From positions 1 through 64,000 of the forward strand of contig JBNKUM010000009.1 of NCBI GenBank assembly GCA_050298595.1: a stretch of DNA of 64,000 nt, in the 5' to 3' direction. Both the position numbers and the translations under genes were made by a program. Positions 29,376 to 39,972 of this stretch are shown here, one piece after another; the stretch's first letter is position 1, and each line of letters starts with the position of its first letter. A model generated the notes under the pieces. It did not search any database. It saw only the letters and a list, made by a program, of their open reading frames with translations, and was not told the DNA's origin. This DNA is from Gammaproteobacteria bacterium (lineage in GTDB: Bacteria > Pseudomonadota > Gammaproteobacteria > GCA-001735895).

Positions 29376-30239
29376 ATGGATCAGGCTCAAGGTCTAAGAC
29401 AGATGAAGAATAAAAAGCCGGTTCAGGTGATTGCCATAACCAGTGGCAAAGGCGGTGTTGGCAAGAGCAATGTATCAGTCAATCTGGCGGTTGCATTAGC
29501 TCAATTGGGTCAGAAAGTGATGGTCATGGATGCTGATCTGGGGCTCGCCAATATCGATGTGCTACTGGGTCTGTCGGCAGGATATAACCTGTCGCACGTT
29601 ATCAATGGTGAATGTACGCTCGATGAAACCCTGATAGATGGCCCAGCAGGGATCAAGATTATCCCGGCCTCATCCGGCACGCGTGAGATGGCGGATTTAA
29701 ACTCAGTACAAAATGCAGGCATCATTCGCGCCTTTTCAGATTTGACAGCCCCTATCGACACACTTTTGATCGATACGGCTGCCGGGTTATCTGATTCAGT
29801 GGTGAGTTATGTTCGTGCAGCACGTGAAGTGGTGATAGTGGTCTGCGACGAACCGGCTTCGATTACGGATGCCTACGCTATGATCAAGGTGATGAATCGT
29901 GACTTTCAGGTGCAAAGATTTCACGTATTAGCCAATATGGCACATAGCATTCAGCAGGGACGTGAGCTATATATGAAGTTAGCAAGAGTAGCCGACCAGT
30001 ATCTTGATGTGACACTCGATTTTATTGGCTCGGTCCCTTATGACGACTATTTGAGAAAATCGGTACAAAAACAAAAGTGCGTAATAGAGATGTACCCCCG
30101 CAGTCCATCAGCAATGGCGTTCCGCAAGATTGCGCAGAAGACTCAGAGTTGGCCAGTTCCGAAGACGATGGAGGGGCATCTGGAGTTTTTCATCGAGAGG
30201 TTGATGGATTACAGCGGCAGCAGCGAGGTCATGGGGTAA
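29376..30239 (+). CDS. flhG: MinD-like ATPase FlhG/FleN
   Basis: MDQA, SGKGGVGKS, EPASITDAYA. Confidence 0.95.
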   Translation: MDQAQGLRQMKNKKPVQVIAITSGKGGVGKSNVSVNLAVALAQLGQKVMVMDADLGLANIDVLLGLSAGYNLSHVINGECTLDETLIDGPAGIKIIPASSGTREMADLNSVQNAGIIRAFSDLTAPIDTLLIDTAAGLSDSVVSYVRAAREVVIVVCDEPASITDAYAMIKVMNRDFQVQRFHVLANMAHSIQQGRELYMKLARVADQYLDVTLDFIGSVPYDDYLRKSVQKQKCVIEMYPRSPSAMAFRKIAQKTQSWPVPKTMEGHLEFFIERLMDYSGSSEVMG

Positions 30240-30964
30240 TGAATGGCCACGCTATGTATGCTGAAGTGGAGCGATATGGTGAAGACAATATCGTTGCGCG
30301 TCATGCTGCATTGGTGAAACGTATCGCCTTCCATCTCATCAATCGTATGCCCGCTCATGTGATGGTGGATGATTTGATTCAGGCAGGCATGCTTGGCCTG
30401 TTGGAAGCGGCGAGTAATTTTGACTCCAGTCAGGGCGCCAGTTTTGAAACTTATGCAGGTATTCGTATACGTGGTTCGATGCTGGATGAAATCAGAAAGC
30501 TGGACTGGACGCCCCGTTCAGTGCATCGCAAATCACGAGCGGTCACTGAAGCAATCCGAAAAATTGAGCACCACAAGGGGAGTGATGCTACCGATCAGGA
30601 AATTGCTAAAGAGATGGGTATCAGTCTATCCGAATATCATCAGATATTGGTCGATACCAATAGCAGCAGGGTTTTTAGTATAGATGCACTGCAGGAAGAC
30701 AATGATTATCAGGTATCGGGGGTGAATAACGATTCTCCTTACGAACACTTAAGTGATGACGAGTATCAAAAGCTATTAGCTGATAGTATTCGCAGTTTGC
30801 CGGAAAAAGAGCAGTTGGTGATGTCTCTTTACTATCAGGATGAATTAAATTTCCGTGAAATCGGTCAGGTACTTGATGTCAGCGAATCACGAGTTTGTCA
30901 GATTCATGGCCAGGCCATGCTACGTATTAGAACAAAGATGTCGGACTGGATATCCAGTCTCTGA
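30239..30964 (+). CDS. fliA: Flagellar sigma factor sigma28
   Basis: DLIQAG, RIRGSMLDE..DW, VSESRVCQIH. Confidence 0.97.
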   Translation: MNGHAMYAEVERYGEDNIVARHAALVKRIAFHLINRMPAHVMVDDLIQAGMLGLLEAASNFDSSQGASFETYAGIRIRGSMLDEIRKLDWTPRSVHRKSRAVTEAIRKIEHHKGSDATDQEIAKEMGISLSEYHQILVDTNSSRVFSIDALQEDNDYQVSGVNNDSPYEHLSDDEYQKLLADSIRSLPEKEQLVMSLYYQDELNFREIGQVLDVSESRVCQIHGQAMLRIRTKMSDWISSL

Positions 30965-31107
30965 GCCCGATATCCTGGTTGGGGTTAATTCGATTGATTT
31001 AATCTATAATAGCGCTATGGAAATTGAATTTTATATGATGCTTAAAAAGTCGATAACTCTAAAAGAGAATGATCGACTTATCAATATATGCAATAGGTGG
31101 AGGTTGC

Positions 31108-31494
31108 ATGGATAAAAATATGAAGATTCTGATTGTTGATGATTTTTCGACTATGCGTCGTATTATCAAGAATCTGTTACGTGATCTGGGTTTTAACGAT
31201 ACCACGGAAGCAGACGATGGTCAGACCGCTTTACCCTTATTAAAATCCGGGAAATTCGATTTTCTGGTTACTGACTGGAATATGCCGGGCATGGATGGCC
31301 TGACGCTTTTAAAAACGGTACGTGCAGATGAGAACCTTAAACATATGCCAGTTTTAATGGTTACTGCCGAAGCCAAACGTGAACAGATTGTGGTTGCCGC
31401 ACAGGCGGGAGTGAATGGTTATATCGTTAAACCTTTTACAGCTGTCACCTTAAAAGAGAAAATTGAAAAAATATTCGAGAGGTTAGAAGGATGA
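31108..31494 (+). CDS. cheY: CheY (flagellar)
   Basis: [18 protein letters not shown]. Confidence 0.97.
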   Translation: MDKNMKILIVDDFSTMRRIIKNLLRDLGFNDTTEADDGQTALPLLKSGKFDFLVTDWNMPGMDGLTLLKTVRADENLKHMPVLMVTAEAKREQIVVAAQAGVNGYIVKPFTAVTLKEKIEKIFERLEG

Positions 31495-32237
31495 GCCAGG
31501 ACGAAACTCTGAATTACCTGAATGAGGAATATTTAGCCCGTCTCAATGAGTTGGGAGAAGCACTCAATCAGTCAGATAATGACTCGGCTAATCGTCTGAT
31601 TGGTGAATTGACGACCCTGCGAGAGTCAACGCTATTTCAGGAACTGGGTAAAATAACCCGCGAAATTCACAATTCAATAAATGCTTTTAGTGATGACCAG
31701 CGAGTCGTTGAACTCACCGAAGAAGAAATACCTGATGCTAAGGAACGGCTTAATTTTATAGTCACCAAAACTGAAGAAGCCGCGCATAAAACCATGACTG
31801 GGGCCGAAGCGGCGATGGACGTGATCGATGAATTTACTGAAAAGGCCAGCACTATCCAGCAGCGTTGGCAGCAATTTCGTACTCGTGAATTATCCAAAAA
31901 AGAATTTTTAGCCCTGAGTGATGATATCGACACATTTTTAGCTTCTGTTCACCCAGCAAGCGATAAAGTTCGTTCGAATATGACCGATATAATGATGGCG
32001 CAGGATTATCAGGACCTGACAGGTCAAATGATCAAGCAAGTTATCAATATGGTGCAGGAAGTAGAAGAAAAACTGGTTAGACTGGTTGCTATTTCAGGTG
32101 CCAAACTAAGTAAAGATATTGATAAACAAGCAGATGGTACCATGGCTCATGGACCACAGTTACCCACAGCAGATAAGGCCGAGGTTGCAACCAATCAGGA
32201 TGAAGTAGACGATTTGCTGGCTAGTTTGGGTTTTTAG
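31491..32237 (+). CDS. cheZ: CheZ phosphatase
   Basis: [22 protein letters not shown]. Confidence 0.96.
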   Translation: MSQDETLNYLNEEYLARLNELGEALNQSDNDSANRLIGELTTLRESTLFQELGKITREIHNSINAFSDDQRVVELTEEEIPDAKERLNFIVTKTEEAAHKTMTGAEAAMDVIDEFTEKASTIQQRWQQFRTRELSKKEFLALSDDIDTFLASVHPASDKVRSNMTDIMMAQDYQDLTGQMIKQVINMVQEVEEKLVRLVAISGAKLSKDIDKQADGTMAHGPQLPTADKAEVATNQDEVDDLLASLGF

Positions 32238-32289
32238 AAATCGTCAGGTGAAAATCACCTGATAGTTTAAGTAATGAACAGGTAAACCA

Positions 32290-34422
32290 ATGGCTATTGA
32301 TTTGGAAGACGAAATCTTACAGGACTTTCTGGTGGAAGCTGGAGAGATTCTTGAAGGGTTAAATGAACAATTAGTCGACCTCGAACAAACGCCGGACGAT
32401 TCCGATCTACTGAATGCTATTTTTCGCGGTTTCCATACCATCAAAGGCGGCGGTAGTTTTCTTGCATTGACCAATCTGGTCGAAGTCTGTCATAAATCTG
32501 AAGACGTTTTTAATCTATTACGTAATCATGAAATCAGCCTCAATGCTGATATGATGGATGCTTTTCTGCGCGTCTTAGACGAAGCAAATAGCATGTTCGA
32601 AGAGATCAGGTCAGGAGAAGACCCCTCTCCAGCCAATCCCGACTTATTGCGTGAACTGGTGGCGATGCAAACACCTGGTGCAGCAGCCGAAGAGCCATCT
32701 GTCGAGGCAGAGCCTGAAATAGTCGAAGACACTACTGAGGCGGCACAGGAAGAGGCTGAAAGCGAGTTCCAGCCCGATGTTGAAGCAGTCACTAGTGAGT
32801 TTGTGTCCGGTAAAGATGAGATAACAGACGAAGAATTTGAAAACCTGTTAGATGCATTACATGGCTCAGGATCAGCCCCAAAAGCTGTACAAGTCGCGAC
32901 GCCTGCAACAGCAGATAAAGCATCTAGTGATGAAATATCCGATGATGAATTCGAAGCCCTGTTAGATGAGTTACATGGAAAAGGGGCGAGTCCAACAACC
33001 AAAAGTTCAGAGCCCCCCCCTAAATCAACAAAGGTTAAAAAGGCCGCTGTTAAAAAGGCTGAGGATTCGGATTCCGATATAATTTCAGATGATGAGTTTG
33101 AATCTTTGCTGGATCAAATGCACGGCAAAGGGAAAGGGCCAACTACCCCACCAAAAAAAGCCGCTGGTAAACCTGCTGTTGACACAAAACCGGCTGCAGT
33201 CGACAAGCCTGCCACTGCAGATAAGCCAGTTGCAAAGAAAGAAAGTGCTATACCCAAAGGTGAGACAACCGTTCGCGTTGATACCGCAAGGCTGGATGAT
33301 ATTATGAATCTGGTGGGTGAACTGGTGTTGACTCGCAACAGATTAAATACCTTACGCCAAACCTTTGAAGATGAGCGAGTTCATAAGGCAATATCTAGCC
33401 TTGATGTGGTCACCGCTGATTTACAGACCGCTGTAATGAAAACCCGTATGCAACCGGTGAAAAAAGTTTTTGGCCGTTTCCCACGAGTAGTAAGAGACCT
33501 CGCCCGAACTATGAAAAAAGAAGTTTCTCTGGAACTGGAAGGAGAAGAGACCGACCTTGATAAAAACCTGGTCGAAGCACTGGCTGACCCGCTGGTGCAT
33601 CTGGTTCGTAACTCAGTAGACCACGGCGTTGAAATGCCTGATATCAGGGAAAAAGCAGGTAAACCTCGGCAGGGTGTCGTCATTCTATCCGCTCAGCAGG
33701 AAGGTGATCATATCCTGCTTTCCATCAAAGATGATGGGGCTGGCATGGATCCTGAAGTATTGCGTAATAAAGTCATAGAAAAAGGTTTGATGGATGCAGA
33801 GGCTGCTGCGCGCCTGGATAAAAAAGGCTGTTTTGATCTGATTTTTATGCCGGGTTTATCAACCAAGGAACAAATTTCTGACGTGTCTGGAAGAGGCGTT
33901 GGAATGGATGTTGTGAAGACCAAGATTGCTCAGCTTAATGGAACTATTGATATTGAATCTGAACTGGGCATCGGCACAGAGCTACGTATCAAAGTGCCGT
34001 TGACGTTGGCTATCCTGCCAACGCTTATGGTGCAGATAGGCTGCAGAAAGTTTGCACTTCCACTATCGATTGTGAATGAGATTTTTGAATTTAGCTCAAA
34101 GAAAGTCAACATGGTGGATGGTAGAGAGGTCATTCAAAATCGTGGCAAGGCTCCACCTATGTTTCATCTTCGAAAATGGTTGCTTCATAGTCACGAACAA
34201 GATGAGGTATATAGTGGTGATCCACATGTGATTATGGTTCAGGTAGGTAGTGATTCTGTGGGCTTTGTGGTTGATCAGGTCATAGGTCAGGAAGAGGTAG
34301 TGATCAAGCCTTTGGGTAAAATGCTACAGGGATTACCCGGTATGGCGGGATCCACGATAACCGGTGATGGTAACATTGCTATTATTCTGGATGTGCCTGG
34401 TCTACTTAAGGCCTATACTTAA
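32290..34422 (+). CDS. cheA: CheA (flagellar system)
   Basis: FHTIKG, three (I)xDxEFExLLDxxHG linker repeats, LVRNSVDHG, SGRGVGMDVV. Confidence 0.97.
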   Translation: MAIDLEDEILQDFLVEAGEILEGLNEQLVDLEQTPDDSDLLNAIFRGFHTIKGGGSFLALTNLVEVCHKSEDVFNLLRNHEISLNADMMDAFLRVLDEANSMFEEIRSGEDPSPANPDLLRELVAMQTPGAAAEEPSVEAEPEIVEDTTEAAQEEAESEFQPDVEAVTSEFVSGKDEITDEEFENLLDALHGSGSAPKAVQVATPATADKASSDEISDDEFEALLDELHGKGASPTTKSSEPPPKSTKVKKAAVKKAEDSDSDIISDDEFESLLDQMHGKGKGPTTPPKKAAGKPAVDTKPAAVDKPATADKPVAKKESAIPKGETTVRVDTARLDDIMNLVGELVLTRNRLNTLRQTFEDERVHKAISSLDVVTADLQTAVMKTRMQPVKKVFGRFPRVVRDLARTMKKEVSLELEGEETDLDKNLVEALADPLVHLVRNSVDHGVEMPDIREKAGKPRQGVVILSAQQEGDHILLSIKDDGAGMDPEVLRNKVIEKGLMDAEAAARLDKKGCFDLIFMPGLSTKEQISDVSGRGVGMDVVKTKIAQLNGTIDIESELGIGTELRIKVPLTLAILPTLMVQIGCRKFALPLSIVNEIFEFSSKKVNMVDGREVIQNRGKAPPMFHLRKWLLHSHEQDEVYSGDPHVIMVQVGSDSVGFVVDQVIGQEEVVIKPLGKMLQGLPGMAGSTITGDGNIAIILDVPGLLKAYT

Positions 34423-34481
34423 GATATATATACGGTAATTCAGATTAATTTAACTGATGTTCAAAGAGTTTTATTTTAACT

Positions 34482-35291
34482 ATGAAAACCTGGGCAAGTA
34501 TCAATCAGAAAGGCGGTGTAGGGAAGACGACTTCAGTTGTCAGCCTGGCGGGCCATTTGGCGAATACTGGCCAGCGTATACTATTAGTTGATCTTGACCC
34601 CCATGGTTCCTTAACCAGTTATATGGGTTATAACCCGGATGATATTAGTTCCGGGGTCTATTCTTTATTTGCCAATCCTACCACTAGTCCGGCAGAAATC
34701 GCGCGTATGCTATTGCCTACAAAAATTAAGAATACCTATCTGTTTGCAGCATCCTCCGCATTAGCCACTCTAGATCGCCAGATCGGATCAAATCAGGGGG
34801 CTGGCAAAGGACTTGTGGTGGCTAGAGCTATTAAGGCCGTAGCGGATAAATTTGCTTACGGGTTGATAGACAGCCCACCCATGCTGGGTATTTTGATGAT
34901 TAACGCTTTGGCAGCCAGTGACCAGATACTTATTCCAGCACAAACCGATTATCTTTCATTAAAAGGATTAGAGCGTATGATGCATACGCTTAAAATGGTC
35001 GGAAAATCATTAAACAAGAAGACTCCATTTATGATTATTCCTACCATGTATGATCAACGTACCAAAGCTTCGGTTGATGCGTTACAGCAAATGAAAGAAA
35101 CCTATCGGTTTAATGTCTGGGGATCGGTAATTCCGATTGATACCCGTTTTAGAGATGCAAGCAAAGTGGGCTTACCCTTGCCAACCATGGCACCTTATTC
35201 ACGTGGTTCTCTTTCCTATAAAAAATTACTGGACTTCCTGTTAGGGATTCAGGAACGTCATGATGAAGAAAAAAGACAACAATCTGCTTAA
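34482..35291 (+). CDS. ParA-family ATPase (ParC-like chemotaxis array positioning)
   Basis: [18 protein letters not shown]; between cheA and CheW-like gene. Confidence 0.88.
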   Translation: MKTWASINQKGGVGKTTSVVSLAGHLANTGQRILLVDLDPHGSLTSYMGYNPDDISSGVYSLFANPTTSPAEIARMLLPTKIKNTYLFAASSALATLDRQIGSNQGAGKGLVVARAIKAVADKFAYGLIDSPPMLGILMINALAASDQILIPAQTDYLSLKGLERMMHTLKMVGKSLNKKTPFMIIPTMYDQRTKASVDALQQMKETYRFNVWGSVIPIDTRFRDASKVGLPLPTMAPYSRGSLSYKKLLDFLLGIQERHDEEKRQQSA

Positions 35292-35976
35292 ACCTGAGCT
35301 GGCTGTAGAGAGTTATCTTGACAGTCTGTTGCAGGAAATATCAACTGACCAGACTGAACTAAGACCGTTACCGGTTAAGGGTAATGTAGTTTTACTTCCC
35401 GACTTTGAAATTCCGCAAGAAGATACCATTGACCCAGTCAATGAAATCATTGAACCCGTTTCACCTGCCACTGATTTGGCAGCTGAATCTACTGAGAACG
35501 AGCTATCACACCAGGAACAGGTTAAGGAACGCAAGTATGACTTTACTTACCCCATTCAGTGTCTAATGTTTCATGTGGCTAATACCCAGCTCTCTATACC
35601 ACTCATCGAGCTGGGCAGTGTATTACCCTGGGTCAAGAATATGACTCAGCTGCCAAGTTCCAAATTTTGGTCACTAGGCGTATTAAAACACCGAGAGCGT
35701 AAAATTCGAGTTGTGGACACTGCCGGTTTACTCAGTATCAGAAAATCAAATACTAATGGCTATACTCCGAGTCATATACTGGTGTTTGGCGATGGAGACT
35801 GGGCTTTAAGCTGTGACTCACTTGGCGAAGTAGTAAAAGTAGAGTCAGATGATATTCAATGGAATGGGCCTAAAAGTTCTGGGTTAAGCATGGGTACCCT
35901 TAGAGGGTCTCTGGCTCAATTACTTGATCCCATGAAAATAATGAAACACCTAGAAAGCATTACTGCAGCTAGTTGA
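35260..35976 (+). CDS. CheW-domain protein (ParP-like)
   Basis: YLDSLL N-terminal helix, acidic linker, C-terminal CheW-like domain. Confidence 0.82.
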   Translation: MMKKKDNNLLKPELAVESYLDSLLQEISTDQTELRPLPVKGNVVLLPDFEIPQEDTIDPVNEIIEPVSPATDLAAESTENELSHQEQVKERKYDFTYPIQCLMFHVANTQLSIPLIELGSVLPWVKNMTQLPSSKFWSLGVLKHRERKIRVVDTAGLLSIRKSNTNGYTPSHILVFGDGDWALSCDSLGEVVKVESDDIQWNGPKSSGLSMGTLRGSLAQLLDPMKIMKHLESITAAS

Positions 35977-36062
35977 AGCTTTTTTTCAATTTTCTGTTAT
36001 ACATAAATCATAAGTAAATCGGTTAAACTGTTTTTCAGGTGTGCTGTATTTTTATAGTTTTC

Positions 36063-36089
36063 TTAATTTTTTGTTTGTGTTTCCGTTAA
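36063..36089 (+). promoter_or_regulatory. Candidate sigma28 promoter of cheW
   Basis: TTAATTTT-N11-TCCGTTAA vs consensus TAAAGTTT-N11-GCCGATAA. Confidence 0.4.
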
Positions 36090-36122
36090 CATAGACATAA
36101 CGATTTTATTTTGGAGGTTACA

Positions 36123-36593
36123 ATGGCCGCAACTCAGAACGATTCTACTTCATTACAGTGTGTTACGTTTACACTGGAAGACGAGACTTATGGAATGAAT
36201 GTTATGCAGGTGCAGGAAGTATTGCGCGAAGTTGAAGTCGCTCCTGTTCCTGGTGCTCCGGATTATGTTCTAGGGATTATAAACCTGAGGGGTAACGTGG
36301 TATCGGTGATAGATGCACGTACTCGCTTCGGTTTGCAACCTAAGGAAAGCGATGAGATGTCGCGTATTATCGTGATTGAGGCGCAACAGCAAATTTTGGG
36401 CATTCTGGTCGATAGTGTGGCCGAGGTTGTCGATATCCAGCGTGATGAAATCGATACAGCGCCTAATGTAGGCAATGCGGAAACATCAAAGTATATCGAT
36501 GGTGTAGTAAGTAGAGGTGAAAAGCTGTTGATACTGGTTGATCTCAATAAATTGCTGACTCAAACTGAGATGGGCCAGATCACGGGCTTTTAG
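36123..36593 (+). CDS. cheW: CheW
   Basis: VPGAPDYVLGIINLRG. Confidence 0.96.
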   Translation: MAATQNDSTSLQCVTFTLEDETYGMNVMQVQEVLREVEVAPVPGAPDYVLGIINLRGNVVSVIDARTRFGLQPKESDEMSRIIVIEAQQQILGILVDSVAEVVDIQRDEIDTAPNVGNAETSKYIDGVVSRGEKLLILVDLNKLLTQTEMGQITGF

Positions 36594-36606
36594 CTATGGA
36601 TCAATA

Positions 36607-36765
36607 ATGCCTGACCAAAACATCAAACCGTTATACCCAGTTTCACCTACTGGCAGTGTTCTGAAAAAGAAGAAATCGCCTGATAAAAAAACACCTGGGA
36701 CGGCAAGGGAAAATGATAGAAATCAGAAACGGACAAAAAAAGGCATAATTGATACCTACGCTTGA
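36607..36765 (+). CDS. Small basic 52-aa protein ending GIIDTYA (below ORF-track cutoff)
   Basis: MPDQNIKPLYPVSP..KKKKSPDKK..KKGIIDTYA*; GGA 7 nt upstream; starts 13 nt after cheW stop. Confidence 0.55.
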   Translation: MPDQNIKPLYPVSPTGSVLKKKKSPDKKTPGTARENDRNQKRTKKGIIDTYA

Positions 36766-36784
36766 AAGTATATTGTTACACGTC

Positions 36785-37078
36785 CTATAGTTTATCCATA
36801 AAATCCTTATGCTTGCCAGATAGCCGGTAAGCAAAACTCAGGACTTCAGCAATCACCAGATATAGAGATTGCGGAATATGGTCACCCAGGTCTAGCTGTT
36901 CTAGCAAAGCAGATAACTCCTTATCTTCATAAACTGGAATTTTCTCTGCTTCAGCGATACGGAGAATTTCATCAGCAATATCATGATGACCTTTCGCGGT
37001 CACCACAGGAGCCTGTTCGCCATCATATTCCAGTGCAATGGCAAATTTGGGTGATTGTTCCTTTTTCGTCTTGTTCAT
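36785..37078 (-). CDS. FlhB C-terminal-like protein (EscU/YscU family)
   Basis: AIALEYD..APVVTAKG..IP..LY..IAEVLSFAY. Confidence 0.9.
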   Translation of the reverse strand: MNKTKKEQSPKFAIALEYDGEQAPVVTAKGHHDIADEILRIAEAEKIPVYEDKELSALLEQLDLGDHIPQSLYLVIAEVLSFAYRLSGKHKDFMDKL

Positions 37079-38565
37079 GCTTCCAGATCCAGCAGGTTGT
37101 CGTTTGTTGCGTACTGATCCTTTCCACTGGGTTGCGGGACAGGGCCGTGAAAGCAATCAAATAAACCCAGTTCAAACCCGGCTTTTTGTAACTGTGTTTT
37201 GAATTGCCCCATATGGTTATCAATCAGGTTTTTGGTGCTAGCTTGATGGGCCCAGAAATTGGCTGAGATTTTGCTGTCCTGCAGCAGGATACGGGTAGTG
37301 ATCATACCCAGTAAACCAAATTCAAACGATAGCTCTATCTCCCAGCATTGGACAGTTTCATCGCTATGGCCTTTTTTCTTTTGTTTGATTTTCAGCTGCA
37401 GGTTCTGGCTTTCCTGATCTACCTGTATGGGAATATTTAGAAAAAGATTCAGCGGTTGATGTTGTTCCAGCTGTAAACGGGTTGAGCTTTGTTGTGTGAG
37501 CAACTGATTCAAGGTCTGTTCGGTCTGTTGTAACAGTTCAAGACGCAAAGTGTTGGATAACTCGATTACAGGGCGATCATGCTGCTTATCAGTTATATGC
37601 GTCGTTGGTTGAGGGAAAATTTCACGGATTAACTGACGGAAACTTTCTGGTGAATGCTTTAGTGCGAGTGATAAATACTGTAGCTGTTGGCCAAGATTAT
37701 TCATATTACCCGGCATTTCAGCCTTGATTAATGCGAGATAGCTGAATATCTGCTGTAGTGTCTCGGGTTTGATATTGTCTGCCGAGGCCAGCGGCCTGGC
37801 CAGGCTGAGTAAAATATCGTTTAAAAGTTTTGCGCGGCCAGGGGTTACGGGCTGATCTATCGGTAGCTGCTTGCCTGGGGTTCCCTGTAATGTCTCAATG
37901 CCATGTCTGCCCTGTTGTGTCAGTTCGACTGTCTTGACATTAGCTCTATCGATTAGAGCTGCGCTTTTTGCCCCAACAAGCTCGCTCGCTACTTTTTGCA
38001 GGGAGCTTAAATTATATTGTTGACCCTGTTCTAGCCCGCGGGGGATCAAACTGGTAAGTGCCGCTTTTAAAATAGCCTGTGGTTGTATACGAATTAACTG
38101 AATCTGCTCTTTGCCTGCGTCTTTCAGGAGCAGGGTTTCGCCAATTTGCAGACTATCCTGGCGGTTTATTTGAATAACCTGATTGTTGATCCTTAATGAA
38201 GTCAGATTGTTGCTTTGCGCGACAACTTTCGCAGTCAGCACAGTGTTATTCAGATTTTGAGCAACAGCTTTGAATTGTGCTTTTGCTAGCGTAAGTAGAC
38301 TTGAAGTGTGCTGCTCAATCTTTAGCGTAGGTTGGGGTTTTAAAGCGGTTAGTCTGGCCAGTATTTCATCACCTGTTTTTAACTGATCAGGTGCTTTCCC
38401 AGTGATTTTGCCGAATGCTGTATCCAGTAATACCTGATTTCCTGTTTGCTTAACGACTACCGCTCTAAACAGACCTGCCTGTTGAAGATTCTGCAGAATA
38501 TCCAGAACCTTTGCAGTGCGAGCATCCAGCTGAACGCTGGGTAAAGTAGAGTTTATGGGTTGCAT
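37075..38565 (-). CDS. FliK-like hook-length control domain protein
   Basis: Q/L-rich; C-terminal WEIELSFEFGLLG..ISANFWA..LQKAGF..LLDLEA; coupled to FlhB-like gene; start may be 38604. Confidence 0.75.
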   Translation of the reverse strand: MQPINSTLPSVQLDARTAKVLDILQNLQQAGLFRAVVVKQTGNQVLLDTAFGKITGKAPDQLKTGDEILARLTALKPQPTLKIEQHTSSLLTLAKAQFKAVAQNLNNTVLTAKVVAQSNNLTSLRINNQVIQINRQDSLQIGETLLLKDAGKEQIQLIRIQPQAILKAALTSLIPRGLEQGQQYNLSSLQKVASELVGAKSAALIDRANVKTVELTQQGRHGIETLQGTPGKQLPIDQPVTPGRAKLLNDILLSLARPLASADNIKPETLQQIFSYLALIKAEMPGNMNNLGQQLQYLSLALKHSPESFRQLIREIFPQPTTHITDKQHDRPVIELSNTLRLELLQQTEQTLNQLLTQQSSTRLQLEQHQPLNLFLNIPIQVDQESQNLQLKIKQKKKGHSDETVQCWEIELSFEFGLLGMITTRILLQDSKISANFWAHQASTKNLIDNHMGQFKTQLQKAGFELGLFDCFHGPVPQPSGKDQYATNDNLLDLEA

Positions 38566-38673
38566 ATAGGCAAAATATAACCGTGCTGGGTAATTCACTG
38601 CCACCTGTTTAAGATAAACGAAGTATAAATCATTAATCTCAATAGGCGTTGTTTTGAAGAGAGGAGTATCCAG

Positions 38674-38861
38674 GTCTATAAATTGACGCCTCTGACATAT
38701 ATCGGCAGAAAAGACTGAAAAATAACCTTGCTAATCCCCCTGATTTTTATCGATTAATGGAATACTTGTGTCAAATATATGGCGATATTACTAATTAACG
38801 AGAATTGTTTAGTGTAACTTATTGAAAAATATATAAATTAAAATATGGCATGATACTCGCT
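38674..38861 (+). promoter_or_regulatory. FleQ-like/IHF/sigma54 promoter of diguanylate cyclase
   Basis: GTCTATAAATTGAC (38674), GTCAAATATATGGC (38770), TAACTTATTGAAA (38815), TGGCATGATACTCGCT (38846, GG-N10-GC). Confidence 0.6.
38699..38725 (-). promoter_or_regulatory. Candidate sigma28 promoter of FliK-like gene
   Basis: Minus strand TTATTTTT-N11-GCCGATAT. Confidence 0.5.
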
Positions 38862-38900
38862 TAATGAATGCTGTATTAAACCAGAAGAAAAGAAGCAACT

Positions 38901-39818
38901 ATGCCTCAGACTACATCTTTATCAGGAGAAAACAAATCTCCATTACAGGTGATCGCGCTTGATTCGCGTAAATCAGAACAGGTGGTTAGTGACAAGCAGT
39001 ACTTAAAGATTCTGCAAATGTCTGATCTACTGTCGAGGACGCTTAATCTGGAAGAGTTGCTGAAGATTTTTTCCAGTGAAATTGCTGCTCTCATTCCACA
39101 TACAAGTTACCGCTACTCTTCCGACCATCTGGAAAAGCCCGTGAGAAGCGGTAAGCTGGGCCAACATAGTTTGAATTACCATTTAACCATTCAGCAAATG
39201 GATCTTGGTGAGCTGACTCTTTATCGTACGACACCTTTTAGCAGTAACGAAGTCTGCCAGTTTGAGGACTTGCTATGCTCACTGGTATATCCGATAAAAA
39301 ATGCTCTGCTTTATCATGTTGCAATTGTCTCGGCGTATAAAGATCCTTTGACTAATATCAATAATCGAGCGGCTATGGATAAGATGTTGCCGCGTGAAAT
39401 TCGCCTGGCTAAACGTCATGATCACCGACTTGCATTGATGATAATGGATCTGGATGGGTTTAAGTCAGTCAATGATAATCTGGGGCATGATGTAGGTGAC
39501 CGATTACTGGTTATGGTAGCTAAAACTATCCAGGATGTTCTCAGAGATACAGATATGTTCTACCGTTATGGTGGTGATGAATTTGTTGCTGCTCTGCCAT
39601 ATACCGATGCACAGGGTGCTATTGATGTTGCCAACAGAATACTCAAAGCTATTCGAAATCTTGAGCAGGGTGTTTTTGAGGAAACTTTCCAGATCGGCTT
39701 GAGTGTTGGACTATCCATGTTACATGCAGGCGATGATTTTGAACGACTGTTCAAACGAGTTGATCAGGCGTTATATCGAGCCAAGAAAGATGGTAAGCAT
39801 CGCGTTGTAATCAGCTAA
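38901..39818 (+). CDS. Diguanylate cyclase
   Basis: DPLT, DLDGFKSVND..GH, RDTD I-site, YGGDEF. Confidence 0.93.
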   Translation: MPQTTSLSGENKSPLQVIALDSRKSEQVVSDKQYLKILQMSDLLSRTLNLEELLKIFSSEIAALIPHTSYRYSSDHLEKPVRSGKLGQHSLNYHLTIQQMDLGELTLYRTTPFSSNEVCQFEDLLCSLVYPIKNALLYHVAIVSAYKDPLTNINNRAAMDKMLPREIRLAKRHDHRLALMIMDLDGFKSVNDNLGHDVGDRLLVMVAKTIQDVLRDTDMFYRYGGDEFVAALPYTDAQGAIDVANRILKAIRNLEQGVFEETFQIGLSVGLSMLHAGDDFERLFKRVDQALYRAKKDGKHRVVIS

Positions 39819-39972
39819 ATAGCTAGTTAAATTAGATTAAAAGACGATTTTGAAAATGTATCGGATATTTTAGATGCTATAGTCTTATTGTATTAATTTA
39901 AAGCTTCCGTAATCCTTAATCTGTTGCAAAGGCATTTCGGTGGCTATAGCGATTAATTTTAGGGGTTATAAA

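Noticed and set aside
32815-33140. Triple DEFExLLDxxHG repeat in CheA
   Set aside because: Common feature of Vibrio/Pseudomonas-type CheA linkers; not novel
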